DNA of 64,000 bases from Octopus vulgaris (taxonomy: Eukaryota). Of this stretch, positions 37,583 to 50,800 are shown in pieces. The stretch covers positions 11,470,001 to 11,534,000 of the forward strand of contig OX597838.1 of the NCBI GenBank assembly GCA_951406725.2. Direction: 5' to 3'. The notes beneath the pieces are model-generated. The model saw only the letters and a list, made by a program, of their open reading frames with translations, made no database searches and was not told the DNA's origin. Position 1 is the first letter of the stretch. Each line of letters begins with the position of its first letter. Both the position numbers and the translations under genes were made by a program.

Positions 37583-40500
37583 ACTTCTGTGCCGGTGGCA
37601 CATAAAAAGCACCATCCGAACGTGGCCGATGCCAGCGCCGCCCCGACTGGATTCCGTGCCGGTGGCACGTTAAAAACACCAACCGATTGTGGCCGATGCC
37701 GGGCCCCCCTGGCACCTGTGCAGGTGGCACGTAAAAAGCACCCACTACACTCGCGGAGTGGTTGGCGTTAGGAAGGGCATCCAGCTGTAGAAACTCTGCC
37801 AGATCAGACTGGAGCTGGTGCAGCCTCCTGACTTCCCAGACCCCGGTCGAACCGTCCAACCCGTGCTAGCGCGGAAAACGGACGTTAAACGATGATGATG
37901 ATGATGATGAAAATAAGGGCAAAAGAAAAATTCTAATGCCAAATATGCCAAAAAAAAGACAAAATTGTCAATAACCATCGGCATATTTTGAGACACATAA
38001 ATTATAATGGTTATTGACAATTTTGTCTTTTTTTCAGCATATTTGGCATTAGAAATTTTCTTTTGCCCTTATTTTATAAGTTATTTATAAATTCAACCTT
38101 TAAAGGTATTTTTTAATATGCTGGCCATTGATAAAATTTTTTTTTCGAAAAAAATTTTATCCTACATTAGTTATATATATATATATATATATATATGTAA
38201 TATTTTGGACTAATGGGTATATGTTGATTAGTGTGTTGAGTAGAACACTGGCTCAGTTTGCGTTACCTGGTGTCATCCACAGTTGGATCTACTTCAGGAA
38301 TTCTGCAGTGTTTGTTCATTGTTCTTTGCTAGAAGTTTTTTAAAACAGCATTTTTAAACACTATTTTCTACACTAGAGTGTATCATTGCAAAATAAAAGT
38401 GGGGTGCATTGCCTCCTTTTGGCCACCCCATCATTGCCCTATGCTCTTTCAACGTCCCCCTGAATTTTTCCACCGTCCCCAGTGAGGCAGTACCACCCAC
38501 TTTGGGAACCCTTGTTTTATATAATTTTTGTTCTTCTCTTTGAAAAAGGCAGTGCAACAGCTGAACATTAAGACATCAAATTTTCTGGACTTAATGACCA
38601 GTGAACCTTTCACACGTCAGGACCTTATTACTTTACAGGTAAATATAGAGATACATGACTTGTTTAAAGAGGAGCAGGGAGAAATGGGGTGGAGGAGGAG
38701 GTGGTGGTGACCGCAATTACAGATGTGTACCCTGTCCCCTCAATTTCATCATAACTTTCTAAAAATATGGATATTTTTTATAAAATTTTCTACAGATATC
38801 TTTAAGATTATGTCAGAATTTGATGTAAGAAAAAATTGTGGGTGTGCAATGATAATTTAACAGACTATATGAGGAAACAAACTCAAAATGTGTGAATTAT
38901 CCACCCCACCTCAAGTTTTCATTTTTAATCAAAGTCTGACATAATTATAATCTACAAGGCTCATTCCAGAAGTTTTGAGAGTTTTACAAGAGAGACAATT
39001 ATTAATTTCAAAGAAAAGCAGAACTTTTATCTCCTTCAAATTAAGATCCTCTGACTGTAATGTACACTCCCTGCCTGATATACTTTCTCTTCAATATGTT
39101 CCACGTCTATTTGATATACAACTTGTTTACTCTTTTCTCTCCTTTTCCAGGACCCGTTACATCTGAATAAATTTAACATTTCTGAATTCTTCTATTTGAA
39201 GAATGATATGAAAGTTATTGATGAAGGTAAGCTGTCTATATGTGTGTACATGCATGTGTGTATATGTGTGTGAGTGCTCAGGCTCAAAAGGAGCTGGGGT
39301 TGGTCTGTATTAGCAAAACTTATGTAGTGAAATTGATAAAAAAATTTAAAAAACCCTACCCCAATGCTGTTGACTGTTCACCAGTACATCATGAGTGTCT
39401 TTTTGGTCAGCTGAAAGCAGTTTTGGCACAAACTTGGCAGACATACATCTCATACCCAAATCTTCAGTGATAATGGACTGAACTGAACCATAGCTAATCT
39501 GCATATCGTCTGATAACTCACGGATGGTGATTTGATGATTTCCTCTCACAGCTGCATGCATGCCTATAATGTTTCCCTCAGTTCTGCAGGTTGCAGGTCT
39601 CCTGAAACATTCCTCAATATCATTTTTTTTTCGGCCACCTTCAAAACGACTGAACCACTCGTACACTTGTGTGCAGCTCATACACTCCTCTCCATACTCT
39701 CCTCTCCATACACTTTCTGCAACTTTGCTTAGGCCTCTGAGCAGGTATCGCCATGACAACTTTCTCTGTCATGGTCAGTGTGACGATCACACGCTACACA
39801 CCTTCCTTCCAAGCACTGCTGTAAACAGCGGAAGTGATCTAGGCCAGTCTGTGCCGAGCGGCTTCACCCTGCATACTTTAGCTTCATTACTATGGCAACA
39901 GTCTGGATACTTATTGATCAAACCTCATTTAAATATTTAAAAAAATTTTTTATTTTATCTAGTTTCAGCTCATGAGCTGTGGCCATGCTGGGGCACCGCC
40001 ATTTGGTGTTGCTACATGATTTTACTTCACGAATGGTTTTTAGCAATTGCCATTTGGTGCATGAGAGAGTTCGATGCAGCTGCCCTCATCTGCACCTCCT
40101 GCCGTGAAGTTGGTTCATCTGGGACACCTGACAGGAAGAGATCCAGTTTTATTTTAAAGACATCTGCATCCACCCTATGCAGGTCTCTCAGGTTCTTTGG
40201 GAGGATATTGAAGAGCTGTGGGCCTCGGAAGCTCAGGCTATCACAGTATCTTGTCCTACATCTTGATGGCAAATTTGTAGTCCTTTGCACTATGCAGTGG
40301 CGCCCAGTTCTAGCATTTGTGTAACTCTCAATGCCAATATATTTATTTTGAAATGCATATTACTCTCTCTCTTTTTTACTTGTTTCAGTCATTTGACTGC
40401 GGCCATGCTGGAGCACCGCCTTTAGTCAAGCAACTTGACCCCGGGACTTATTCTTTTTTGTAAGCCCAGTACTTATTCTATCGGTTTCTTTTGCTGAACC

Positions 40501-41413
40501 GCTAAGTGACGGGGACATAAACACACCAGCATCGGTTGTCAAGCAATGCTAGGGGGACAAACACAGACACAAACATATACACACACACACACATTTGTAT
40601 ACATATATATACATATATACGACAGGCTTCTTTCAGTTTCCGTCTACCAAATCCACTCACAAGGCATTGGTCGGCCCGGGGCTATAGCAGAAGACACTTG
40701 CCCAAGGTGCCACGCAGTGGGACTGAACCCGGAACCATGTGGTTGGTTAGCAAGCTACTTACCACACAGCCAATCATACGCCTATTGCACACATACATAT
40801 GCAAATTCAATTGTGTATATATGTATATCTAAAGAAATGTATTCATTCATATTCACACACATTTATTCATATTTATATGTTTCATTGTTGTTTTTTTTTT
40901 CTCTTCCAGAATTAGAACAAGCCAAGAAAGATCCCAAATATCACTTGAAATGTATTAATTCAATAACTAGGGATGCTCTGAAAGAACTTGACGAAGAATA
41001 TAAAGCAAAGGTCTGTTGTTATATTTGACAGATGTTTTGCCATTTTGTGTTGACAACCTGTGCTTTATGTTGATGATGATGCTGATGATGATGTATGTAC
41101 ACGCATACACACACACACATACTCACAGAGTAAGCCTAGTACTTATACTATCTGTCTCTTTTGCTGAACCGCTAAGTTACGGAGATGTAAACACACCAAC
41201 ATCGGTTGTCAAGCAATGGTGGGGAGACAAAAATAGACACACAAATACATACATATATATATATATGAATATATACGACGGGCTTCTTTCAGTTTCCGCC
41301 TACCAAATCCACTCACAAGGCTTTGGTTGGCCTGAGGCTATAGTAGAATAAGTCCTAAGGTTGATTTGTTTGACTAAAAGGCAGTATTCCAGCTTGGCTG
41401 CAGTCAAATGACA

Positions 41414-41462
<49 letters not shown>

Positions 41463-42786
41463 CAGCGTGATGGCAGAATCATTACCATACCGAGCAAAAT
41501 GAATAAGCAGCATTTCGTCCATCCTTACGCCATGATTTCAAATGCGACTGAAGTCGACTTTGCCTTTTATCCTTTAAGTGGAGGCGCAGCGGACTCACGG
41601 TTGTAGGATCGCAGTTTCGATTCCCAGACCGGGCGTTGTGAGTGTTTATTGAGTGAAAACACCTAAATCTCCATATATATATATATATATATATATATTG
41701 ATATATATATCATCATCATCATCATCGTTTAACGTCCGTTTTCCGCGCTAGCACGGGTTGGACGGTTTCGACCGGGGTCTGGGGAGCTCGGGACTGCCCC
41801 AGGCTCCAGTCTAGTCTGGCAGTGTTTCTACAGCTGGATGCCCTTCCTAACGCCAACCACTCCGCGAGTGTAGTCATATATATATATATATACATACATA
41901 CATCTTCATAGTCATAAAACGAGACAGATGAGTGACAACCTGGCCACTGGTGGTGGTGTAACACACCATACTAATCATATCTGTTGGGCATGTGGAAGAG
42001 AGTGTAATTCGGCAGGAGGACTTAAACGACATGCAAAAGTACATGAAGCCCAGTTACAACTACAGCCGGCTATTACCGGTAAAGGTCTTAGTTGCCAATT
42101 CTGTACAAGACATTGTAGATCTTTAGCGGGGCTAAAAAGTCACATTCGATCACAGCACCAGTAACAGTTAAGCTTCGTGCAATGGCCATACTCGATAACG
42201 AGGGGGCAGCCATAATAAAAAATAATATACATACATACATTTATATGTTAATATATATTTTTAAATATCAACATTCAACATTTCAGGAAACAAAACAAGC
42301 TGCCACCACAGGGAAGTTGGATAAGTTGAATTCTGTAAGTAATCTTTTAGTCTTGTATTCTTTTACTAATCCCAGCTTGTAGGTCCTGGTGATTTCATTG
42401 CTATTTCTACTAGTGAGGAAAACTATTTAGAGTTAGCAGGAAAATCATTTAGAGTTCCTTCCCTACTTGTACCTTGTCTTGTTTTAGGTCTACTACTTCC
42501 TCATTCATTTAAATCCCCTTTTTTTCAGGCTCACTACTCAACGGGAGCTGTAGCTGCTGCATTTACCTCAACTACATTGGATCCAAACACCCAACACACA
42601 CCAGGTATGTTGTTATCATCATCATCATCATCATTGTCTTAACAGCTCACCTTTCCCATGTTTGCATGTTTCCATGCTGCCTATTGTAGCCTTTAGACAG
42701 AATAAAAATATATAAGAGAAACAATAACTACTGCCGCTAACTCCCAGAGAACTACCATTGGATCATCATCATCATCATCATCATCA

Positions 42787-42830
<44 letters not shown>

Positions 42831-43071
42831 AAGGCTGCAAGCTAGCCAACCCATCAGTGCGTCAAACAAAGTGCCTAGTGATAATCCTTCAGGTTCTTTA
42901 CTTTTGAGTTCAAATTTCTCCAAAATTGACTTTACTTTTCATCCTCTCAGGGTCAATAAAATTATTACCAATAGAGCATTGGGGTTAATGACTAGATCCC
43001 CTCTTCCTAAAATTCTAGACCTTGTGTCAAATGTGAAACCATTATTATTATTATTATCATTATCATTATTA

Positions 43072-43106
<35 letters not shown>

Positions 43107-46100
43107 TCTGGATGTTAACAACTCCAAGAATGAGGTACAACTGTTGTTTTTTTTAAAAATTTTGTTTTATTTTTCTTCTCAATGTTTGTAGCCATCATTG
43201 ATGAAGAGGTTCTTATATATGAACGTGTGAAGAAAAAGGGCTACATACGTCTCACAACCAACAAAGGAATCCTCAATTTGGAAGTACATTGTGAAATGGT
43301 GAGGTTTTATTAATGTTTTTCTTAATTTCTCATTCCTGTTTGTAGACAGCAGCATCATAGGTTACTGCTTTCCAGTCACTTGTCAGTGCATCTCTGAGGG
43401 TACAAGACACAAGAGAGTGTCTAGAACAAATCATCATCATCATCGTTTAGCGTCCACTTTCCATGCTAGCATGGGTTAGACGGTTCAACTGGGGTCTGGG
43501 AAGCCAGAAGGCTGCACCAGGCCCAGTCTGATCTGGTAATGTTTCTACAGCTGGATGCCCTTTCTAACGCCAACCACTCCGTGAGTGTAGTGGGTGCTTT
43601 TTACGTGCCACTGGCACAGGTGCCAGACGAGGCTGGCAAAAGGCCACGATCGGATGGTGCTTTTTACGTGCCACCGGCACGGGGGCCAGGCGAAGCTGGC
43701 AAACAGCCACGATCAGATGGTGCTTTTTACGTGCCACCGATTATTAGCAAATTCACACAATGAAATATCATTTTCCCCTCTCCAATGTTTTCTAGCTAAT
43801 ATTTAAAAACCCTTGTTTACGCACACACATGGTTGTGTAGTAAGAAGTTTGCTTTCCAACCACATGGTTTGGTGTTCAGTCCCACTACATGGCACCTTGA
43901 GCAAATGTCTTCTACTGTAGCCATGGAACCCAACCTAGGCCCCCATATCTATGGCGTTCGCCGCTGGAATAAGGAGTGGTTGGAGATCACGTAGTCATTA
44001 GCTTCAAATCGCCAGGTCTGGTCGGCATTTTTGAGAGATGCAGCATTGAGGATGAATGAAGCCAGCTCAACCCACCCCGGGTGAATGCTGTCTCAAGACA
44101 AGACAAGAAGTAGCCATGGGCTGACCAAAACCTTGTGAGTCGATTTGATTGAAGGAAACTGAAAGAAACCCATTGCATAAGTATGTATGTATGCATGATT
44201 ATTCTGTCTCTCAGACATAATGTATATAGACTACATTATCTAATATGTCCTTCCTGTTTCTTCTAAAAATACTAACATGTGATTTAAGAGAGATTTGACT
44301 GCTATTTTTAGCAACCAATTAGAGGCTCCCTCACCAATGCATTTTTTCAATATTAAATTATTTACCATTTTCAGGTACCAAAGACCTGTGACAACTTCAT
44401 AAAACTCTGTTCCAATGGTTACTATAAGAATACCATCTTCCACCGGTCAATTCGTAATTTTATGGTAAGATCTCTGTTTTTTTATTTAGTTTTTATCACA
44501 ATCGGTCAACAATAGTGGTTTCCAGCAGCAATCAGTAACTAGTTTACTCTGAATCCTATGGAAAGAGTAACAAGGGAGTGTCAGTATTTCACTGCAGAAC
44601 AAATATAACAACTTTGTTTAGAGAATAAATGTTCTCACTGGTATTGGTGTATATTCCAGATAGGCTGGATGAGCGCTGCACCCTTACCAATTTTCTCTAT
44701 AATGATTCTTACTACATCAGGATAAAATCTGGTTATAATTTGTTTTTGAATTTGATAATCTCGATACCGGGAAACAAAATATAGTCGTGTTGACTTAAAT
44801 TTATTATTGTGTGGCACGTAAAAAGCACCATCTGATCATGGCCGTTGCCAGCCTTGCCTGGACCCCATGTACTTGCATAGCAAGTGACCTGATCAGAGAT
44901 CGTGTGCTGGAACGAAAACAATTGTAGCATGGAAAGTGTTTATAAGCCATTTAAGAAACACACAAGACTGTTAGATTCACTTCAACATTTAAATTTAATT
45001 TGTCAAAATATTTTCGTCGCTTTGAGACTGCGACCTGTTCACTGACAAAGCTTCGTGCTGTACGAAACTTTAGGGTTAGGGTTAACCTTCTTTTGATATT
45101 GCTGCACCTTTTATGTGTCCATAGCCTACACCTGGTACATCATATGGAGTTTCTACTCACGCCTTTTCTACAGATCGAACAGAGCCATTTACCTGAAGGG
45201 GTTTGTGATTTGTCAGCCTTCCCACTTACTAAGACTTTGGTTTTTGCTAGATTAACTCTTAAGGCCCTTCGATTCTAGACCTTGCTTCCACACCCTAAAC
45301 TTCTTCTCTAGTTCTGGCAGCTGATGATGGAGGTACATTGGATTGTTGGCATGGCTGTTTGTGTATATGTGGAATAGTGTTATAACACATGCTTTTGATA
45401 TATTAATGTATATATATATACTAGCAGTGTTGCTCGGGTTTGTAAGGGAAATAACTATATAAGCATTTTTAGAGACGCAAAGTATAATAGCCATCTCAAT
45501 ATGGTTAACCACAAAGGGGGGGGGGGGGGTGTTACTGTAGCTTTTTACGTTCTGAGATTTAATAATAAACTTTTAGAGAGTTACTTCCCTTATATATGCC
45601 AAAAATGCATTAAAAATGGGGAAAATTGATGGTAAATTTTTTTTTAAATCGTAGACTGATCGTAGACTGATCGTAGACATGCGCTAATACCCAGAAGTTT
45701 TGGTTAAACTGCACCACAAAATGTGGGAGTAGTTAGGAATCTAAATCGTAGGAGACAGACAGCACACAACCTTACTTTTATATATAAAGATATATATATA
45801 TTAATGTATATATATATCGCTTCATTCTGGAGTCTCCTAAGGCAACACTAATGCCAAGCTGTTTCAACCCTTGCCCTTCTCTTGGACAACATTAGGGGTG
45901 TGGAAAGAAGAGTCCCTCTACAAGTACAACTGCTGGTTTTCCACTTAAACCTTCCCAGGTCTGCAACCTCTTTGGAGGCAAATCTGTGGTCTTTTAAAAG
46001 TGAAAGATGCTTGCGATGTAATTTATCTATGTTTAAAATATTCTTTTGAAGAATAAACGTATGTCATAACAAAGATTATGCTATACTTAGTACTACTACT

Positions 46101-47827
46101 TATGCGATAAAAAATATTTAATTATAGATTAATTGTAAAGTAAGAATTTATTGTAGTAATCGAAAAGTTCAATGCTGCATAGTTGATATACGTATATCTG
46201 ACTGACGACTACCAATTGTATCAATTATTTGTTGTATTTTGCAGATCCAAGGAGGAGATCCAGATGGAACTGGGAAAGGTTTGTTTGTTTTTGTATTGTG
46301 TTATCTTGCATATATTCCCTTCCCTTCTATACTTACATGTGTGCAAGGTGTTACTCAATGGGACTGATCCCCAAATCCTGTGATTGGGAAGCAAACTTCT
46401 TAACCACACAGCCATCCCTGCACCTGTATATAATGGATAGTTATTGTCTGTCTACTAGGGTTTACTGGTCTTAGATTTAAATAATGCTTTGGCCACAAGC
46501 TCTTCAGCTTTTACCAGTGAGGGCAATTAAATAATACACCAAACATCATCATCGTTTAGTGTCCGCTTTCCATGCTAGCATGGGTCGGACGGTTCAACTG
46601 GGGTTTGGGAAGCCAGGAGGCTGCACCAGGCTCCACTCTGATCTGGCAGTGTTTCTACAGCTGGATGCCCTTCCTAACGCCAACCACTCCGTGAGTGTAG
46701 TGGGTGCTTTTTACATGCCACCGGCACAGGTGCCAGACGAGGCTGGCAAATGGCCACGATCGGATGGTGCTTTTTATGTGCCACTGGCACGGAGGCCAGT
46801 CGGGACGGTGCTGGCAACGGCCGCGTTTGGATGGTTCTCTTACGTGCCACTGGCGCTGGTATCACAGCTACAATTTCCATTGATGTTGATCGATTTTGAT
46901 TTTGTTTTTGATTTTTTGACCAAAATCAAAATCATGAATTAATCAATTAACCCCTTTAAAAATGGGATATTTGTACCACAGAAACAAGGGCTGTCACAGG
47001 ACAGCCCTTGGTTCTGTTGTACAAACATCCCATTTTTAATGTGATCTAAAGTAAAATCTCTCATCAAAATTTCATGTTAATTTATGTTTCAAACAACAGA
47101 ATAATAATGACAATGTCATTTTAATTAATTCTTCATTATTTTCAAAATTAATTGAAACAATGGCTGTGTATTTCAACAGAAATATGGTAACAAAAAAGCT
47201 TTAGTATCAAACCAATCTCTTTTTCTTTTCTGTTCTTCATTCTTCTATTTTCTACTGGCTTTTGTCATCAGTTTTGTTTTTCTATATTTTATTTCCTGTC
47301 ATTTTGTTCTTTTCGCTTTCTTCTCAGGTGGAAATTCTATTTGGGAAAAACCTTTCAAAGATGAGTTTAAGCCTAACCTAACACACTCAGGCCGTGGGGT
47401 ACTGAGTATGGCAAATTCTGGTCCAGACACAAACAAGTCCCAATTGTAAGTTGATACAAAAGAATGCATTTAAACACACACACACACACACACACTACCA
47501 TACCCTATTACAATTACTCCCACTTAAATTGTACTCTTTCTCAACCACTTTCACTTTGTCTCTGTAATCAAATCATTATCCCCAAAGACTCGTTCATTCA
47601 ATCAAACAGCTGGAAGTGAAAGGACACGAAGTCCAGGTTTTATAGTCGATGGTGGACCACTGACTTGTTCATTTACCAGTTGTCTAATTCATTGTTTAAG
47701 ATGTCATGTTGCCATGGTGAATGTGGTTCATTTTCACATTCTTGTTTGGTCTCTCCCACTTAATGGCTTCTCTAAGCATTTTGAACATCTCAATGTACCA
47801 CTCACTATTATTGTTTAATGATGATGA

Positions 47828-47896
<69 letters not shown>

Positions 47897-50800
47897 AGCC
47901 GATGATTGAAATGAATCTGTTCCTCCATTTTCTTATTTGTATTATGATTTTGAGGTAAAATATTTTACCTTTGCCCATCTAATACAATAAATGAACTAAT
48001 TGCATTGCAGTTATAAGCATTTATGTATTTGCCTTTTGGGTACTTCACTAGCAGTATATTGGATAACTGATATCCCATAGTGGGTTACCCTCATAACCCC
48101 TATCTCACTTTGTACTTATATATATATATATTTCTTTTGCAGCTTCATAACGTTCCGTTCATGTGGCCACCTTGACAACAAACATTCAGTATTTGGCAAG
48201 TAAGATAGACACACTGGTTTCTTAATTTTTGTTTATTTACACTGCAACAACCTGGGCTACTGAGAATTATTTGTAAAAATAAAATATAGACAATACTTTA
48301 TGGAACACCATTGGTACACCACAAACCAATTATTCGATTGTTCCAATATCTCATCAATCTTGGCCAACTATAACAATGCATGGCTTAAGAAATATTTAAC
48401 CCTTAAAAATGTCTACGATGAGTCAACGATTTAAAAAAAAATTTACCATCATTTTTTTTCCATTTTTAATGCATCTTTTTGCTATCTTTTGGCTATAACT
48501 CTCTAAAAATGCTTATATAGTTATTTCCCTTACAAACCCGAGCAACGCCGGGCGATACTGCTAGTTAAAGATACAACTGTGCTTGAGTTGAATCATTTTT
48601 AAGATTTTTTTCTTCTTTCCTTATCAGCTCTTCATGTTTAGTTTGCAACAACAGCATTCCTAAACCCATTTCAAGATGTTCTCAGTATCATCATCAGGAT
48701 GAAGTTTTGATAATAATGGCAGGTTCTTCACTCATTTTGTAGTAGGTTGAAAATGTTCATGGGAATACTCTCTTACTCTTTACGTTTTTAGTTGTTTCAG
48801 TCATTTGACTGCAGCCATGCTGGAGCACCGCCTTTTAGTCAAGCAAATCGACCCCAGGACTTATTTTTTGTAAGCCTTGTACTTATTCTATCGGTCTCTT
48901 TTGCCGAACCGCTAAGTTACAAAGACGTAAACCCTCCAGCATCAGTTGTCAAGCGATGTTGGAGGGACAAACACAGACACAGAAACATAAACATATACAC
49001 TCAATGATGTGTACATTTATTTTTAACATGGAAAATTAAATGCATTTGCTGCAGGATTTTTTCTTTTTTTTTTCTATCAGTGAATACTTTTTATGTTTGA
49101 GTGTGTAAGTAAGGGAAATTGTTAACGATGTATCTTGAACCTTACTGCTTCATATGCATATACTACACACACACACACACACACACATACAGTAGTACCA
49201 TTTTGTTAATCTAACATTACAGAAGCTGTTCTTTTTCTCGCAGGGTCGTTGGTGGATTGGAAACTTTGAATAAAATGGAGAAGATTGAGACTGATGATAA
49301 TGACAAACCTTTGGTAATTAGTATTTCTTTATCTCTCTTCAGATTCTGCTGACTAATGATCAGAATCGTCCCATATTTCTGGCTATGGTGTTTGATGTAA
49401 CCATGATTGGCCACCAGGGTTGCACACCAGTGCTATGGTTTTGTTGTGATCCACTCAATGCAAATAGCTGACAGGCGGATTAGAATTTAACCTTCTCTTC
49501 ATCTTCCTAGAAGCATTTTCCATTTAGATAATAAGGTGTGGCTGTGTGGTAAGTAGCTTGTTTACCAACCACATGGTTCCGGGTTCAGTCCCACTGTGTG
49601 GCACCTTGTGCAAGTGTCTTCTACTATAGCATCGGGTCGACCAAAGCCTTGTGAGTGGATTTGGTAGACGGAAACTGAAAGAAGCCCGTCGTATATATGT
49701 ATATATATATATATATATGCGTGTGTTTGTGTGTCTGTGTTTGTCCCCCTAGCATTGCTTGACAACCGATGCTGGTGTGTTTATGTCCCCGTCACTTAGC
49801 GGTTTGGCAAAAGAGACTGATAGAATAAGTACTGGGCTTACAAAGAATAAGTCCCCGGGGTCGAGTTGCTTGATTAAAGGCGGTGCTCCAGCATGGCGGC
49901 AGTCAAATGACTGAAACAAGTAAAAGAGTAAAGAGTAAATGTTTCTTAAAGATAACACACTCATTCAATATTATATAAGACAAGTGTGGGTTTATGTATG
50001 CTGGTGAAGGGGGCACAGTGATATGATGTGACTTCCCCACATAAACTGCTGATGTATCGTCTTAAAACATATTTTGACTTGTTTTCAATATTTTATTATT
50101 AACAACAATTATTGTTCCTAGCAAACTTATGCTTATCTGGTTCCCTAGCCTACATCACTCACCCACCCTTCTTTAATATGACCATATTAGATGCAGGGCA
50201 ATTTATTAATACATATACAAATAATACCTTAAACATCTTTAACTATAGTATTTACAGGACCTTTCCATGGCCCTTTGAGCCGTTACCAGTCTTTGCTCTT
50301 CTCTCTTTGTGGTAGCCCATGTTTCACTACCATATAACATTGCAGGCAGAACTGCACTGTTAATGAGGTTGGCGCGGGTGGTCCTGTCCAACCTTCCCTT
50401 GAGCACATCCCTTATGCCATTGAACGCCTTCCATCCGGCCCTTACTCTCCGTGAGATCTCCTTTTTGATATCCGGAGAGGAGTGGACGCCTGACGGACTG
50501 GTCGGTCAAAGTGATCAAAGTGAAGAAAGTGATTTACAGGACCAATTTCAATTCCATGAAATTCGTCTGATGATTGTTGTAGGAATTAGTCTTTGATACA
50601 GACACGAACTGTAGGTTAACTACTACTGTATCACATAGTAAATATTTCACTGTTTTTACATGTATTATTGTGTACTTATATGTTGTTTGTGACAACACTT
50701 GCAGCTTATTATCTATATTATATATATGTGTATATATTATTTTTGATAGGAAGATATCATAGTTGAAGACACCACAGTGTTTGTTGATCCATTTAAAGAA

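Noticed and set aside
41928-42164. Stand-alone C2H2 zinc-finger gene
   Set aside because: Matches the C-terminal fingers and tail typical of an RTE-like LINE 3' end; intronic and without splice signals.
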